NCBI GenBank assembly: GCA_043228905.1
Contig: JBHGNT010000009.1
Span: forward strand, 15,190,001 to 15,254,000
Origin: Azolla caroliniana
Taxonomy: Eukaryota; Plantae; Polypodiophyta
Direction of reading: 5' to 3'
DNA length: 64,000 nt
The translations under genes and the position numbers were made by a program. Of this stretch, positions 11,814 through 24,359 are shown piece after piece; the first letter of the stretch is position 1, and each line of letters begins with the position of its first letter. A model generated the notes under the pieces. It saw only the letters and a program-made list of their open reading frames with translations, did no database searches and was not told where the DNA came from.

Positions 11814-14800
11814 TCAACACTCCCCCTCAAGCTCAACTTGAGGCTCTTCGAGATCTTTGGGCTTACAGCTCCGGTTCCTCCTGGCTTCACGCCTCGCTCG
11901 CGCTCCACGACCTGTTCGACTCCACGCGCTTAGACCCTTCCGGTCGGCTTGTCTGCTCATGTGGCCCTTATCAGCTCTTCTGCTCTTGCGGTGTTGACGC
12001 TTCTCCTGCTGCCTTTTCTTCCGCTTGGGCCTCGGTTGATTCAGTGTATCTGAACCAAACATCCGAACTGACTCGGCTACCTCCGATCGGTTTTTGCTCT
12101 CGTCCGAGTTGGATTCATCTTCCCCATGCGTGGTTGGCTTCGGCTCTCTCCTTCGGCTGCTCCCCTTCTGTCCGCTTCCGGACTTTTCCGCGTGTCCGCC
12201 CTCGGCTTCTTCAGCCGATCCGAAGTCGAACTCGGTGTCGCGGTCTCCACTCCTCTCCTGCTGCCTTGCTCGGTCGTTCGGGACTGTTCTCCCCCTCAAG
12301 TTTGGCACGTCGAGGTGACGCAACCCGAGCGCACCTGAGAATTGCTGCAACTTGTCCAGACCGAGAGGCTTGGTGAAGATGTCGGCAGTTTGCCAATCCG
12401 TCGGAATGTACTGAAGTTCGACTTCACCGGAAAGGACACGCTCACGGACGAAATGGTAGTGCACCTCAATGTGCTTGGTCCGTGCGTGGAAAACGGGGTT
12501 TTTCGCGAGCTGGATGTTGCTGAGGTTGTCGCAGTAGATCGTCGTCGGATCTAACACCTCCTCTTACAGGTCCCTAAGCACCCGTTTCAACCATATGGCT
12601 TCGCATGTCGCAACAGCCGCTCCTCGGTACTCAGCTACGGTGCTCGACAGTGCAACTGTCGGCTGCTTCTTACTGCTCCACGCAATCGCGGCACTCTCGA
12701 GGGAGAACGCGTATCCGAACGTGGATCGGCGATCAGCGGCGTTGCCAGCCCAATCAGCATCGGTGTAGCCGACTAACTGCGCGGCTGCACCGGTCCGATA
12801 TAGCAGTCCCCGGTCCTTAGTGTCGTTGACATACTGAAGTATGCGTTACGCACACTGGAGGTGCTCCTCGGTAGGTCGCGCCATGAACTGACTGATCACT
12901 CCGACCGGATAACTGAGGTCGGGTCGGGTGATGGTCAAGTATATGAGGCTTCCGACAATTTGTCGGAACCTCGTCGGGTCGCATACCTTTCCCGTATCGG
13001 GACGAAGCTTGACGGTTCTGTCCAGAGGAGTCGAGACGGACTTACAGTCAGCCATCCCGAATTTGAAGAGCATACTCAGCACGTAATGACGTTGGCTGAT
13101 CAATATGCCTTCGAGGGTACGGATCACTTCGATCCCGAGGAAGTAATGAAGGTCCCCTAGATCCTTCATGTCGAACGATGCCGCAAGCTGGAGCTTCACG
13201 CGGTCGATTTCATCTAGGTCGGCGCCGGTGATGACCAAGTCATCAACATATAGTAAAATACTAACCGGTCCGAGTCGACCTTTCCGGATGAACAGGGAAG
13301 AGTCCGATTTTGACATGACGAAGCCCATGCAACGCAGTTGTTGCGTGATCTTCGCGTTCCAGGCACGTGGGGCTTGCTTCAGTCCGTAAGGGGACTTCTT
13401 CAGTCGGCATACTGCCGAGGAGTTCGTTCCAGAGTGAAATCTGGGGGGTTGTACCATGTACACCTGTTCCTCAAGGTCACCTTGTAGGAACGCATTCTTT
13501 ACATCCATCTGATGTAAGTGCCACCCCTTCACCGCGGCTACTGCGAGCAAAACACGGACGGTCGTCATTTTCGCGACCAGCGCAAATGTCTCATCGCAGT
13601 CGATGTCGTGTTTCTGTGTGTAGCCCTTTGCCACTAGCCGAGCCTTGTACGGGTTGACCGAGCCATCGGTGTTGTACTTGACCTTGTACACCCACCTACA
13701 CCTGATCGGTTTTACCCCTGTTGGTGCGTCAACCAGGTCCCAAGTCTCGTTCTCCGCCAATGCGTGCATCTCTTCCTCCATCGCGGCACGCCAATTCGCG
13801 TCTTTACCCGCTTCTGCATATCTCTCCGGCTCACGCACTTCCGCTACACGGGTCATGTACGCATAATGATGCGCCATGTACTCGTTGTATCCGAACCGCA
13901 AAACAGGATTCTTCTGGCGGGTAGATCGGCGTAATCTCACATTAGTCGATGTCGAGGCCTTCTCGGTCAACGCGGACTTCGCCTTTATAGACCTGTCACC
14001 GGTTCCCTCGGAGTCGGCCTCGCGTCGGTCTGACTCGTTCCTATCCGTGCCGGAATCTGACACCTTCTTCTTCCCTTTCTCTTTGCGCGTAAGCCGTCTC
14101 CTCAGCTTCCTATGCGGGGAATGCACGGTCGAGTCTCCACTTCTTGTCGGCTCTTCATCGGACTGATCGTACCGACTCAGTCGTCCAATCGGTCCACCTA
14201 AACGGAGTGAAATCGGACTCTCTTCGCGGGTTTCGATTTCGGGCTCATCCGGAGGCATCTCGGCCTCGCTGACCTCATCGTCAGAACTCGGATTAGAGTC
14301 GGGGTTCGGAGTTGGGGGCTGGTACCAAGACGCGGACTCGTCAAACACAACGTCGCGGCTGACACGCGCTTGTTTGGTGCGAGGGTTATAGCACTTATAA
14401 CCCTTCTGCTCGTCCGAGTAACCGACCAAGATGCATTTCTCGGCCTTTGCGTCCAGCTTCCTCATTTTCTCCTTCGGTACATGCATATACGCAATGCTAC
14501 CGAACACCCTCAAGTGTCGCAAGTTCGGCTTCGTTCCGAAATATAGCTCGTGCGCCGACACTTTGTCTCCAATCCGGTTCTGGATGTATACCACGGTCCT
14601 TACCGCCTTGGCCCAGTAGAACTTGGGCAAGCTCTTCTCCTCCAGCATTTCTCGTGCCGCTTCCACAACTGACCGATTCTTCCTCTCGGCCACGCCGTTC
14701 TGCTCCAGCGTGTATCTACAACTGAATTCGCGCCGAATTCCCATTTGTTGTAGGTAACCGTTGAATTGACCAGAAAAGTACTCTTTCCCGCCATCCGACC

Positions 14801-16589
14801 GCAGGCACTTGATCTTTCGTCCCGTTTCCGTTTCCACGAACCCTTTGAGGTCCCAAAAACAGTCAAAGACTTCGCTCTTCCTCTCAATGAGGTAGATCCA
14901 CGTGTGCCGCGTGTGGTCGTCGATGAAGGAGACGAAATATCGGCTCCCGCCAAGACTAACGTTTTGTGCCGGCCCCCATACATCGGAGTGTATAAGGTCG
15001 AGCTTGTTCCGGCTCCGGTTTCGCTCGTTGGGGAAAGGAAGTCGGTGTTGCTTCCCAAGCTGGCAGGCTTCACAAATTTATGCCTTTCGGGCACTAAATT
15101 TGGGCAATCCGAACACTACTTGTTTCAATTGCAGATCTTGAAGCCGTTGGTAGTTGACGTGGCCTATCCGCTTGTGCCACAAGTCGATGTCTGACTCGGA
15201 TTTTTGTCCCTTCGCGAACATTGTGGTGCCGCCGTCAGTGGAATCGAGGATGAACATCCTCCCGTCTCTGCGCCCTTGCGCAATCACACGGCCTTCTTCC
15301 TCAATGAAGCACCCGAGGTGTCTAAACCGAACCTCCATCCCTTGGTTGACGATCTATCCGACCGAGACCAAGTTCTTCGTGATTGTCGGAACGTGTAGTA
15401 CGTTCATGAGTTTCCCTTTCTACCCGACATGGCTAAGGGGAACTTCTCCGACATTCGCGATCGGATGCGGATGGTCGTCTCCAGTTGCGACTACTCCAGG
15501 TTGTATCGGTTTTTCAAGGTACGAGAACCACTCCTTATGGCTCGTCATGTGGTTTGACGTGTCGGAGTCTACGTACCACACCTCTTCCGGTCTCGGGGTG
15601 GTCCGTTTCATTGAGTTTGCTTCGTGTCTCGTCACGAAGGCAAACCCTTCTCCGGCTCTCCCCGAGTCTTCGGCGTAGTGCGATCGCTGCCGATTTCCCT
15701 TGTCGATATGTCCGGAGCCGTTTCCAGAACCGGTTCTCTCCGAATCGGCGCGCTTCTTCCAGCACTCACTTTCCCTGTGGCCTTTCTTGCCACAGTACCA
15801 GCACTCCGCAATGACCTTCCCTTGCCGGTTCTCATCGCTTCGACTCCCCCTGTTTCCGGAGGGTCCGGAGTTGCTGTCGGCATCACTTCGGTGCCTTCTT
15901 CCTTGATCTCGTCGGCCACCTCCATTGCGCGCCGACTCGCCTCGTCCTCCACGTCCACGGGACCTATCTCCCTCCGTGTACAGCATTTTGTTGTCAGTGT
16001 GCGTGCTTGTAGATGCACCCGCTTGGTTCTCCTCTACTACGAGCATTGATTGTAAGTCGAAAAAGGACGGTGTATTCTCCCGGGTACACACAGCCGTTCA
16101 GAACACTCCGAACTTCAACGCCAAACCTCTGAGACAGATCTAGACCATCTCGCTCTCCTTGATGTTCACCTCTATGGAGGCGAGGGAGTCGCAGATATCC
16201 TTGATCTTCAAGGTATAGTCCACCACCGACAAGTCGCGTTGTCATAGGTTGCTCAACTCCTGTCGGAGCTGAAGCTTCCTAGCTGTGGTGCTTGCGGCGA
16301 AAATCTTCTTCAGATTTTCCCACACACCCTTCGGTGTCTTTGCATCCCGAACATAGCTCAATAGTTGTTCATCCACACACGACGCAAAGCAGTATAATAC
16401 CTTGCTCGCCGATTGCTCCCACGATGGGAAGTCTCTGTGTGTCGATTCGGGTGCCGCGTCATTAGCTCCTTCGACATAACTCCAATAGCCGTGCCTGAGC
16501 AGGTACTAGTGCATCTTGTAGGACCAAGACGCGTAATTGGTTCTGTCGAGCTTCTCTGTTGGAAGCGAGCTCGCCATGCCTCTATCCAT
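11814..16589 (-). pseudogene. Copia gag-pol polyprotein with several stops and frameshifts
   Basis: MASSLPTEKLDRTNY, CWYCGKKGHRESEC, WYVDS, LWHKRIGH, LRSDGGKEY, QNGVAERKNR, QMDVKNAFL, YVDD, YCDN, HARTKHIEVHYHFVRE and ADIFTKPL. Confidence 0.93.
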
Positions 16590-16661
16590 CGTTCCTCTTG
16601 TTCTTCTTCGTCAAGCTGTGTCAGCTGCAGAGAGGTTCTCAACCCTCACGCTCTGATACCA

Positions 16662-17119
16662 TGTAAAAAGTAACGTGCGAAAGCAAGTATGAAGACCGAA
16701 CAGAAGGAAGAAAACTCAGGTTTAATGGAGAGCTTGAGCTTACGCAGTATACGCGGGAGAGACAGAGAGAGTGAGAGAGAGAGAAAACACAAGAACTATA
16801 TTCAAAAGGGTACTCAATCTCTATTCACCACACTCTATACATATGTGTGTTCAATGAACACTTTTATACAAGTCCTAGAAGGACTGACCGAAGTACTGAC
16901 AGTACTTCAATGCTCATTAAGAGCTCCTACACTAACTCCCAAATATATTCCTCAAGGAATATCTTTCCTAACGGCCTCCCGGTTTACGCACCGATCCGGC
17001 CCTACCTACGCACCGGTCTGCGTACCGGTTTACGCATTCGGCCTAACCGATCGGTCCAAACCCATCCGGTCCTCGGCTTCTTCAGCCGATCCAGCCGATG
17101 TTGAGCTTGTCTCTCAACA
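16662..17119 (-). repeat. Copia family A 5' LTR (458 bp)
   Basis: TG...CA ends; adjacent to the Met PBS at 16650-16661; matches 3214-3228 + 11376-11819. Confidence 0.95.
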
Positions 17120-20100
17120 CCACACCAGCCAGTCCTACCACTAGAACCATTCCAGAAATGGGGGCTGGATTTCGTCGGGCCATTTAAACCACCGACAATG
17201 AGAACTGGCAACCAGTACGTGATCGTCGCGACGGATTATTGCACTAAGTGGGTGGAAGCGAAAGCCCTACGAGACAACACCGCGGCGTCAACGACAAAAT
17301 TCTTATACGAATGCATTTGGTGCCGGTACGGATGCCCCATAGAGCTGATAAGTGACCAAGGAGGGCACTTTCTTGGGCAGGTGGTAGAAAGTTTGACAAC
17401 ATTCTATGCGGTAGTACATAAAAGAAGCACACCATACTATCCGCAAGCAAATGGGTTATAGCTGAGTCGACGAACAAAACGCTCCAAAATATCCTCCGGA
17501 AGATTCTCAATGAAAATCGGATAGATTGGGACACAAAGCTGCACAGTGCGCTCTGGGCTTACCGGACAACGTACAAAACAAGCATCCGGACAACACCGTT
17601 CCGGTTAGCATTCGGATTAGAGACAGTCATGCCGGTCGAGTTCCAGGTACCAAGCTTACGGATTCAGATTCGGGAACGATTGAACGAAAAGGAATCGGAG
17701 GCAATTCGGTTAAAGGCTCTGTGCGAACTGGAAGAACACCGACTAGCGAGCATTATGCACCTGGAATTGGAACAACGGAGACAGAAAGCATTTGTAGATT
17801 TGCACCGGAAGGGAAACGAAAAGATGTTCGGGACCGGCAAGCTGGTACTCGTGTTCCAGACCCGGATGGGCAAAATGCCAGGTAAACTACGGTTTAGATG
17901 GACCGGACCATACTGGATCACACGTGAGTTCAATGGGTCCTACCAGTTGGGGACACTTGCCGGAGAAGTGTTGGGCAAATGGGTCAACGGATTTAGACTA
18001 AAACCATACAAAGGACCTATGCCTAAGAACCCATTTGAACGAAAGGCCGCCACCGAATCAGACGCCGGCAGGCCAACCATAACGGCAATCGGTGAAGACG
18101 ACGGCTACCATCAAGCCAGTAAGGAGGAGCATGAGCCGGCAACCAAGGAGAGCAGAACGACGGCAAACCGTCAAGAGGCCGGCAAGTTGCACGCTTCGAG
18201 CAAAGGTTCGACAGGACCGGAGAAAAACTAACCACACAAGTTTTAAAAACAAAAAACAAAAAAAATAATAATAATAAAGGAGCGAATCAAAAAAATCATG
18301 GAAAGGAGTGGTGGAAACATCCATGCACACGAGGAGTAAAGAGGCACGTCGAAAAGGTACGAGGAGCTATGAATAGGACATTAAACCACCGCCACATGGC
18401 ACGCAATGCTATTATAGTACACGACCTGCACATGCGGAGGCTCGAAAAAGGCGCCAAGATGCAGAGAGAAAAACCCCCACACATCGAGACCTTCTCCTAT
18501 CGTGAACCAAGGAGAACAGACACAGAGCGACGTGTGAAAATAAATCGTACAGAGCTCGCACACAGAGAACCCCCTCCCTCAGAACTTTCTCTCTCACATT
18601 CTCCCCACCATCAACGCTCTCCGACCTCGACGCAGAGATGGACTGCCAAACGTTGTCTGAAGCCGCCAAGAAATAGTTACGGCAGCACGGTCTGGAGGGT
18701 TTCTTAACGATCATGGAGGCGGCGCCACACAAGGAGGTCGAGAAGATTATAAAAGAAATCGACACGGAGGTGATCACGGAGGAGGCAATCCGTGCGTTAA
18801 TAGGCCTTCCGGAGGGAGGTAGCTACACGATCGACAATCCTACCCCCGAGCAACTCATCAAATATTTCTGTGAGTACTCTCTAGCCAGCAAGGGCTATAG
18901 GACACAAGGCGGCGAAGATATGCTATTCCGTGAAATTGCTCGTGTGCTCCACGAGTTTGGCCACGTGTACCCTTGACCCCCCATCATGCCTCAGAACTGA
19001 GCAGGCTTGATCATCGCAACCTATGAAGGGATCAAGGTGGATTGGCCGGTATTGATCGCAGACGGTTTGTGTGCGGCGATCGAGATCGTCAGAGGAAAAG
19101 ACGGCAAAGAAGGCCGAGAAGGACGGAGGATATGGCACGCAGTAACGCAGTGGCTCACCTTGCTTGTGCCACCCGTCTAGCCCGTCCAGCCCAAGAAGCG
19201 GGGAAGAGTGGCAGACGGCACCCCAAAGAAGGCTTCCAAAAGACAATAGTTGTTGGCCTCTAAGGCCACTAAGGGGAAGGCGGTGAACGCAGAACAGGCG
19301 GGAAAGGAGAGCGCCAGCCGGAAGCGGCCAACGGATGCGCAGGAGGAACCACCGGTACGGCCTGTAAAGTTTACACTCCGCCGACCAGTGAATAGAGAAG
19401 CGGACCCCTTGGCGGCAAAACTCAATGTCGGGACTCAGGAAGAGGAAATAGAGGAGGAGCCTACAGAGCACCTCCAGCGACGGTCGTCGGCAAGGACTGT
19501 TGAGGCAGCCTGGAAACGTTCGGACCCTCATACGGAGGGAACACCGGGTCCCCATACTGAGACTCCCACGCCAAGGGAGGAACCGGAACCGATGCGCACG
19601 GCACCAGAATCAGAAGCCCCTGCACCACCGGCACCACCGGCAAGTCCCATTCCGCCAGAGCCGGAAAGGTCAATACAGCCTCCCTCGGCCAACCAAGAAG
19701 AAGCGCAAGGGGAACCAGGACAGCAGGGTGGTCCACGGGCAGAAACGGAATTACAACTCAGTGCAATCAGGCGGGACCACCCATCTACAAGCGAGCCCAT
19801 CTGTCAAACCTCCGTGCAAGCACAACAACAATGCACCAGTAGCCTGTGGCTCCGGTGGATAGGCGAACAGATTGCCGGAGCAGTGGGGTATATTGAGGCG
19901 GAAGAAAGAGCGCAAAGCGAACGGTTGCTCATCACAACCGAACAACTAGAGACGGCCCGGTCCAGAATCTGGTGCCTTGAAAAAGACTTGGATCAGGTCA
20001 CGGCAAAGATGGCCAAAATGGCCTTAACGGCAACACAGATCCAATCACCGGTGACTCCGGTAAGTGTACAGAATAAAGAAACAGATCAACCTGTACATAC

Positions 20101-21923
20101 CAATAAGACCCCGGCAACGGAAACCGTTCCAGAGAGAGATGCGGCGCAAGCCTAGGAGCTTGCGGAATTGAGAGATGAACTTGCCGCACAAGAAGCGCTA
20201 AGGAGCCGGGAACGGGAATTGAAGACAACGGCCGAAGCAGAATTAAAGAAGATTGTTGAGAACCTCCGTCGGGCAAAGGAGAGCCTCCGGAAAGGCCATC
20301 AAGCGTATGACCGGCTAAGGGAGGAAAAAGACAAAGTGCTGCAAGAAAAGGACAAACTGCGGAAGACGGCGGAAACAGAAATTGAACGACTAAAGGAAGA
20401 GCTCCGCCAGCAGAAGGACCGCTAGGACCAGGCCCGTCGACAGATCAACGCACGGCTCAAACAAAAGACAGATGATTTTGAGCACCTGCACCGGGACTAC
20501 AAACAACTGGAAACGGAGCATAAGGAATGGGTGGTCGAGCTCCAACAGGAAGTTGATCAGGCGGCGACGGCACTTGCCGACGAACGAGCGGAAAATACAA
20601 GACGGTTGGACGAGGCGGAGAAGGTCCGGATGGAGCTCCAGAGGCAGCAGGAAGAAGAAAAGGAGAGAGCGTCAACGGTATTGCAAAAATTACAAAGCAC
20701 ATATCAAAGGCAATTGACGCATTACAAGGAGCAGGCAGAAGACAACGTCAAAATCATCAAGCAATTGAAGGAGGAACGGCAAGCGGCGGAGATCAAATCG
20801 CAATTGGGAACGGGCCGGATTCAGTGCATCCTCTGGGCATGGCTGAATCAGACAAAATGCTTGATTGACGAAAGCTCCGTAAGATGGTGGACAAAGTGGG
20901 CACAAAATGCGGCGGAACTCCAATTGTTACGGGCAGACGTGGCAAATCGGCGGAAGGAAGGAGATGATTGTTATACGTTGACTTTCGAGGATTTCACCGC
21001 CATACGGGATGAGCTAGCCGAAGACTTCCAAGTCCTAGCGGATGAACAGCTGGCGCAGGTCTGGCAACTTGTAGCTCAGCTAGACGATGATAGGCTGGAC
21101 GCTCAAATCCAGTTTGAAAGCTACGAGCGGTCCCAGGTTCGGGAAGAAAAAGCACGGGAAGCGACAACGGTTAACCTTAGTGATGAGGAACTGTCGTCGG
21201 TCGAGGGCCAGGCCGGAACCAGTCAGCCGGAGACCACTACGATGGAGGGAGCAACGACGGAAACGTCGGTGTCAGAGCAACAGCCGGAGGAGCAGCCGCA
21301 ACAGCCATCAAAGGACCAGTCGTAGCAGCCATCAACAGAGCAACAACAGCAACAACAGCAACAACAACCAATTCCAGATGAACCATTGGAAACTCTCGAA
21401 CAAAGCATTCTGGGTATTTTGGACGAAGAATAGCAAGGGTCGGATGGTGGATTCAACGTACAAGGTATTGTCCCACGGGCGTGCCATGTGTTACCGGTCG
21501 GCAAAGGAGTCCAGAGTGTGAAACGGAGGAGTTAATTAATTATTAGGAATGGTTGTAAGTAAGCTATGAGTGTGGACGGACGGAGCGGAATCGGTATGCC
21601 GTTCCGGATCCGGACCGATCCCGGATAGGTGCGGATGGCACTGTTTTGTACTACAGACTGGAAACCTATTTAAAGGCCCGGATACAATGTAATGAGAGAC
21701 GGATAATTAATGAAGCTTAGTGTTTTTTATCTCTCTGTGTTAATTGCCGTTCTGCATTCATTGTTATATCTTACGCGTGTGATTATTAAGGACGATCTTA
21801 CTAAGTAGCCTAATTAAGTCGGATTAATCGTTGAGCCTACTCCTCTTGCCGTAACACCCCTTTGGTGAAGTGTCTTCCGAACACACCCTGTGTTAGGCCA
21901 TTGTCCGGCCCTAAGAGTTAACA
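17120..21923 (+). mobile_element. Ty3/Gypsy (non-chromovirus) 3' half: integrase, extra ORF, 3' LTR (21489-21923)
   Basis: PFQKWGLDFVGPF, DYCTKWVEAKAL, ISDQGGHF, YPQANG and RWTGPY, ending at 18231. The LTR reads TGTTA...TAACA and is similar to 23898-24359. Confidence 0.88.
18638..21433 (+). pseudogene. Extra ORF (~930 codons) downstream of integrase: N-terminal globular region, Pro/Glu-rich linker, long coiled coil, Gln-rich tail
   Basis: The ORF pieces at 18713, 19250, 20168 and 20531 share one frame from ATG 18638 to TAG 21433. They are broken only by point stops (mostly CAG>TAG and CGA>TGA). Confidence 0.8.
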
Positions 21924-24359
21924 GGCTGTGTACGGCCATTGATATAGTAAGAGGAAAGGACGGCAAGGAAGGCCGGAAAATATGGCATGCGGTGACACAA
22001 TGGCTCACCCTGTTGGCGCCACCGGTCAAGCCCGTCCAAACCAAGAAGCGGGGAAGAGCAACGGACGGCACCCCGAAACCTGCTTCGAAACGGCAACAAC
22101 TGTTGGCCTCCAAGGCCACTAAGGGGAAGACGGCTGAAGCAGAGAAGGCGGCGAAGGAGCGTGCCAGCCGGAAGCGACCGACGGACACGCACGAGGAGAC
22201 ACCGACACGGGCCTTGAAGAGCCCACTCCACCGATCGGGGCAACAGGAAACGGACACCTTGGCGGCAAGAATGAATGTCGGGACTCAGGCGGAAGAGATG
22301 GAGGAAGAACCCACGGAGCACCTCCAGCGGCGGCCGGTGAAGAGCACTGCAGAATCAGTCGGGAAGCGTTTGGACCCACAGAAGGATGGAACACCCGCAA
22401 CTCACACTGAGCAACCCACGCCAAGGGAGGCACCGGAACCAGTTCGGATGGAACCGATCACAGAAGTCCCAGCACAACAGGCAGCACCGGCAAGCCCCAT
22501 CACCCAAGAGTCAGAGATACAAAGGCCAACCGCCCCAGCCGGCCAAGAACAAGCAGACAAGGGGCGACTAGCCGAAACACACTCAGAGCCAGAACGGCAA
22601 AGTGGTCAGCTGGTAGAACCAGAAGTGCAGCTTCACGCAGAACGTCGGGACCAGCCACCGGCAAATGAACCCATCAACCAACTCTCCGTGCAAGCGCAAC
22701 AACAGTGCACCGACAGCCAATGGCTCCGGTGGATAGGAGACCAAATTGCCAGAGTAATCGGATGCATAGAGGCGGAGGAAAGAGTGCAAACGGAACGGTT
22801 GCTCGTCACAACCGATGAATTGGATACGGCCCGGTCAAGGATCCGGTGCCTCGAACAAGACTTGGATCGGATCACAGGAGATATTGCCAAAATGACCTTA
22901 ACTGCAACACAGATCCAAGCACCGGTGACTCCGGTGGATGTACAAAAGAATAAGACCCCGGAGACACAAATTGTCTCAGAGAAAGAGGCGGCGCAAGCCC
23001 AAGAGCTTGCGGAATTACGAGATGAGCTCGCCGCACAAGAAGCATTACGGAACCGCGAACACGACTTGAAGAAGGCGGCCGAAGAAGAATTAAGAAAGAC
23101 TGCTGAGAACCTTCGCCGTGCAGAGGAAAACCTGCATAAAGGACATTATGCTTACGACCGGTTGAAGGAGGCGGACACGGTTCGGATCATCAAGCAGTTG
23201 AAGGAAGAGCGACAAGCTGCAGAAATAAATCACAGATGGGAGCCGAACGGATCCAGTGCATCTTCCGGTCATAGCTCACTAAGACCAAAAGCTTGATTGA
23301 TGACAGCTCTGTGCGTTGGTGGGCAAAATGGGCGCAGAATACCGCGGAACTCCAATTGCTTAGGGCGGACGTTGAAATCGGTGAAAGGAGGGCGACGACT
23401 GCTATATGCTGACCTCGGAGGACTTCACCACCATCAGGTATGAGCTGGCGGAAGATTTCACAGCCCTGGCGGATGAACAATTGGTGCAAGTCCGGCAGCT
23501 CGTAGCTCAACTGGACGATGATCGGCTGGAGGCTCAAATCTAGTTCAAAAGCTATGAGCAGTCCCGGCTTCGGGAAGAAAAAGCGCGAAAGACGACAACG
23601 GTCAACCTTAGTGATGAGGAACCGTCGCTGGTGCAAAGACCGGAGGGGGAACAGACCGGGGACAGTCAGCCACGGACAACTCCGACGGAGGAACCAACGA
23701 CGGAAACGCCGGTGTTAGAGCGACAAACGGAGCCACAACCACAAACGGAACAACAACAACAACCACAGCAACAACAACAAATTCCCGACGAGCCATTGGA
23801 AATTTTGGAGCAAAGCATTCTGGACATTTTGGACGAAGCGTAAAAGGGCCGGATAGTGGGTTCGACGTACAAGGTATTGTCCCACGGGCGTGCCATGTGT
23901 TACCGGCCGGTAAAGAAGGCTTAAGGAGGTCCAAACTAGAGTGTGAAAGGAATAGTTATTCGGGAACTGTTGTAATTAGTAGTATTAATATATACATATT
24001 ATTATATAAGAAGATGTGGACGGACGGACTGGAATCGGTATGCCGATCCGGATCGAAACGATTCTGTAAAGGTGCTGGTTGGCACCGTTTTGTATTTCAC
24101 ACCGGAGACCTATAAAAAGGCCCGGTTACAATGTAATCAGGAGCGGATAATTAATAAAGTTTATTGTCTTAATCTTCCAGTGTTGATTACCGTTCTGTAT
24201 TCATTGTTATATCTTACGCGTGTTAATTACGGATGGCTAAGTAATCGATTAAGGTCTAAGTAAGCGTTGTGCTGTAAGTCATTTTGCCGTACCACCCTTT
24301 GGTGACGTGTCTTAAGTGGACACCCTATGTTAGGCTGTTGTCCGGCCCTAGCAATAACA
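21924..24359 (+). mobile_element. Second, related Gypsy 3' end: partial extra ORF and 3' LTR (23898-24359)
   Basis: ORF 21890-23296 is homologous to 19070-20830 (WHAVTQWLTLL, WLRWIG, AQELAELRDEL). The pre-LTR sequence is the same, and the LTR reads TGTTA...TAACA. Confidence 0.88.

Larger units (their letters stand above)
3214..17119 (-). mobile_element. Ty1/Copia LTR retrotransposon ('family A'), complete in structure, with its 3' LTR interrupted by a Gypsy; no matching TSD
   Basis: LTRs are 16662-17119 and 3214-3228 + 11376-11819 (TGTAAAAAG...CTCAACA on +). The Met PBS is at 16650-16661 (GCTCTGATACCA on +) and the PPT at 11820-11831. Domain order is gag-PR-INT-RT-RH. Confidence 0.95.

Noticed and set aside
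11388-12376. Plus-strand ORFs across the Copia LTR and 3' region (also 16689-17144)
   Set aside because: They are antisense or LTR-derived open frames with no protein signature.
18638-21433. Extra ORF as a retroviral envelope or a captured host myosin/SMC gene
   Set aside because: No signal peptide or transmembrane helix is visible, the coiled-coil resemblance is generic, and the ORF sits inside the element in both copies.
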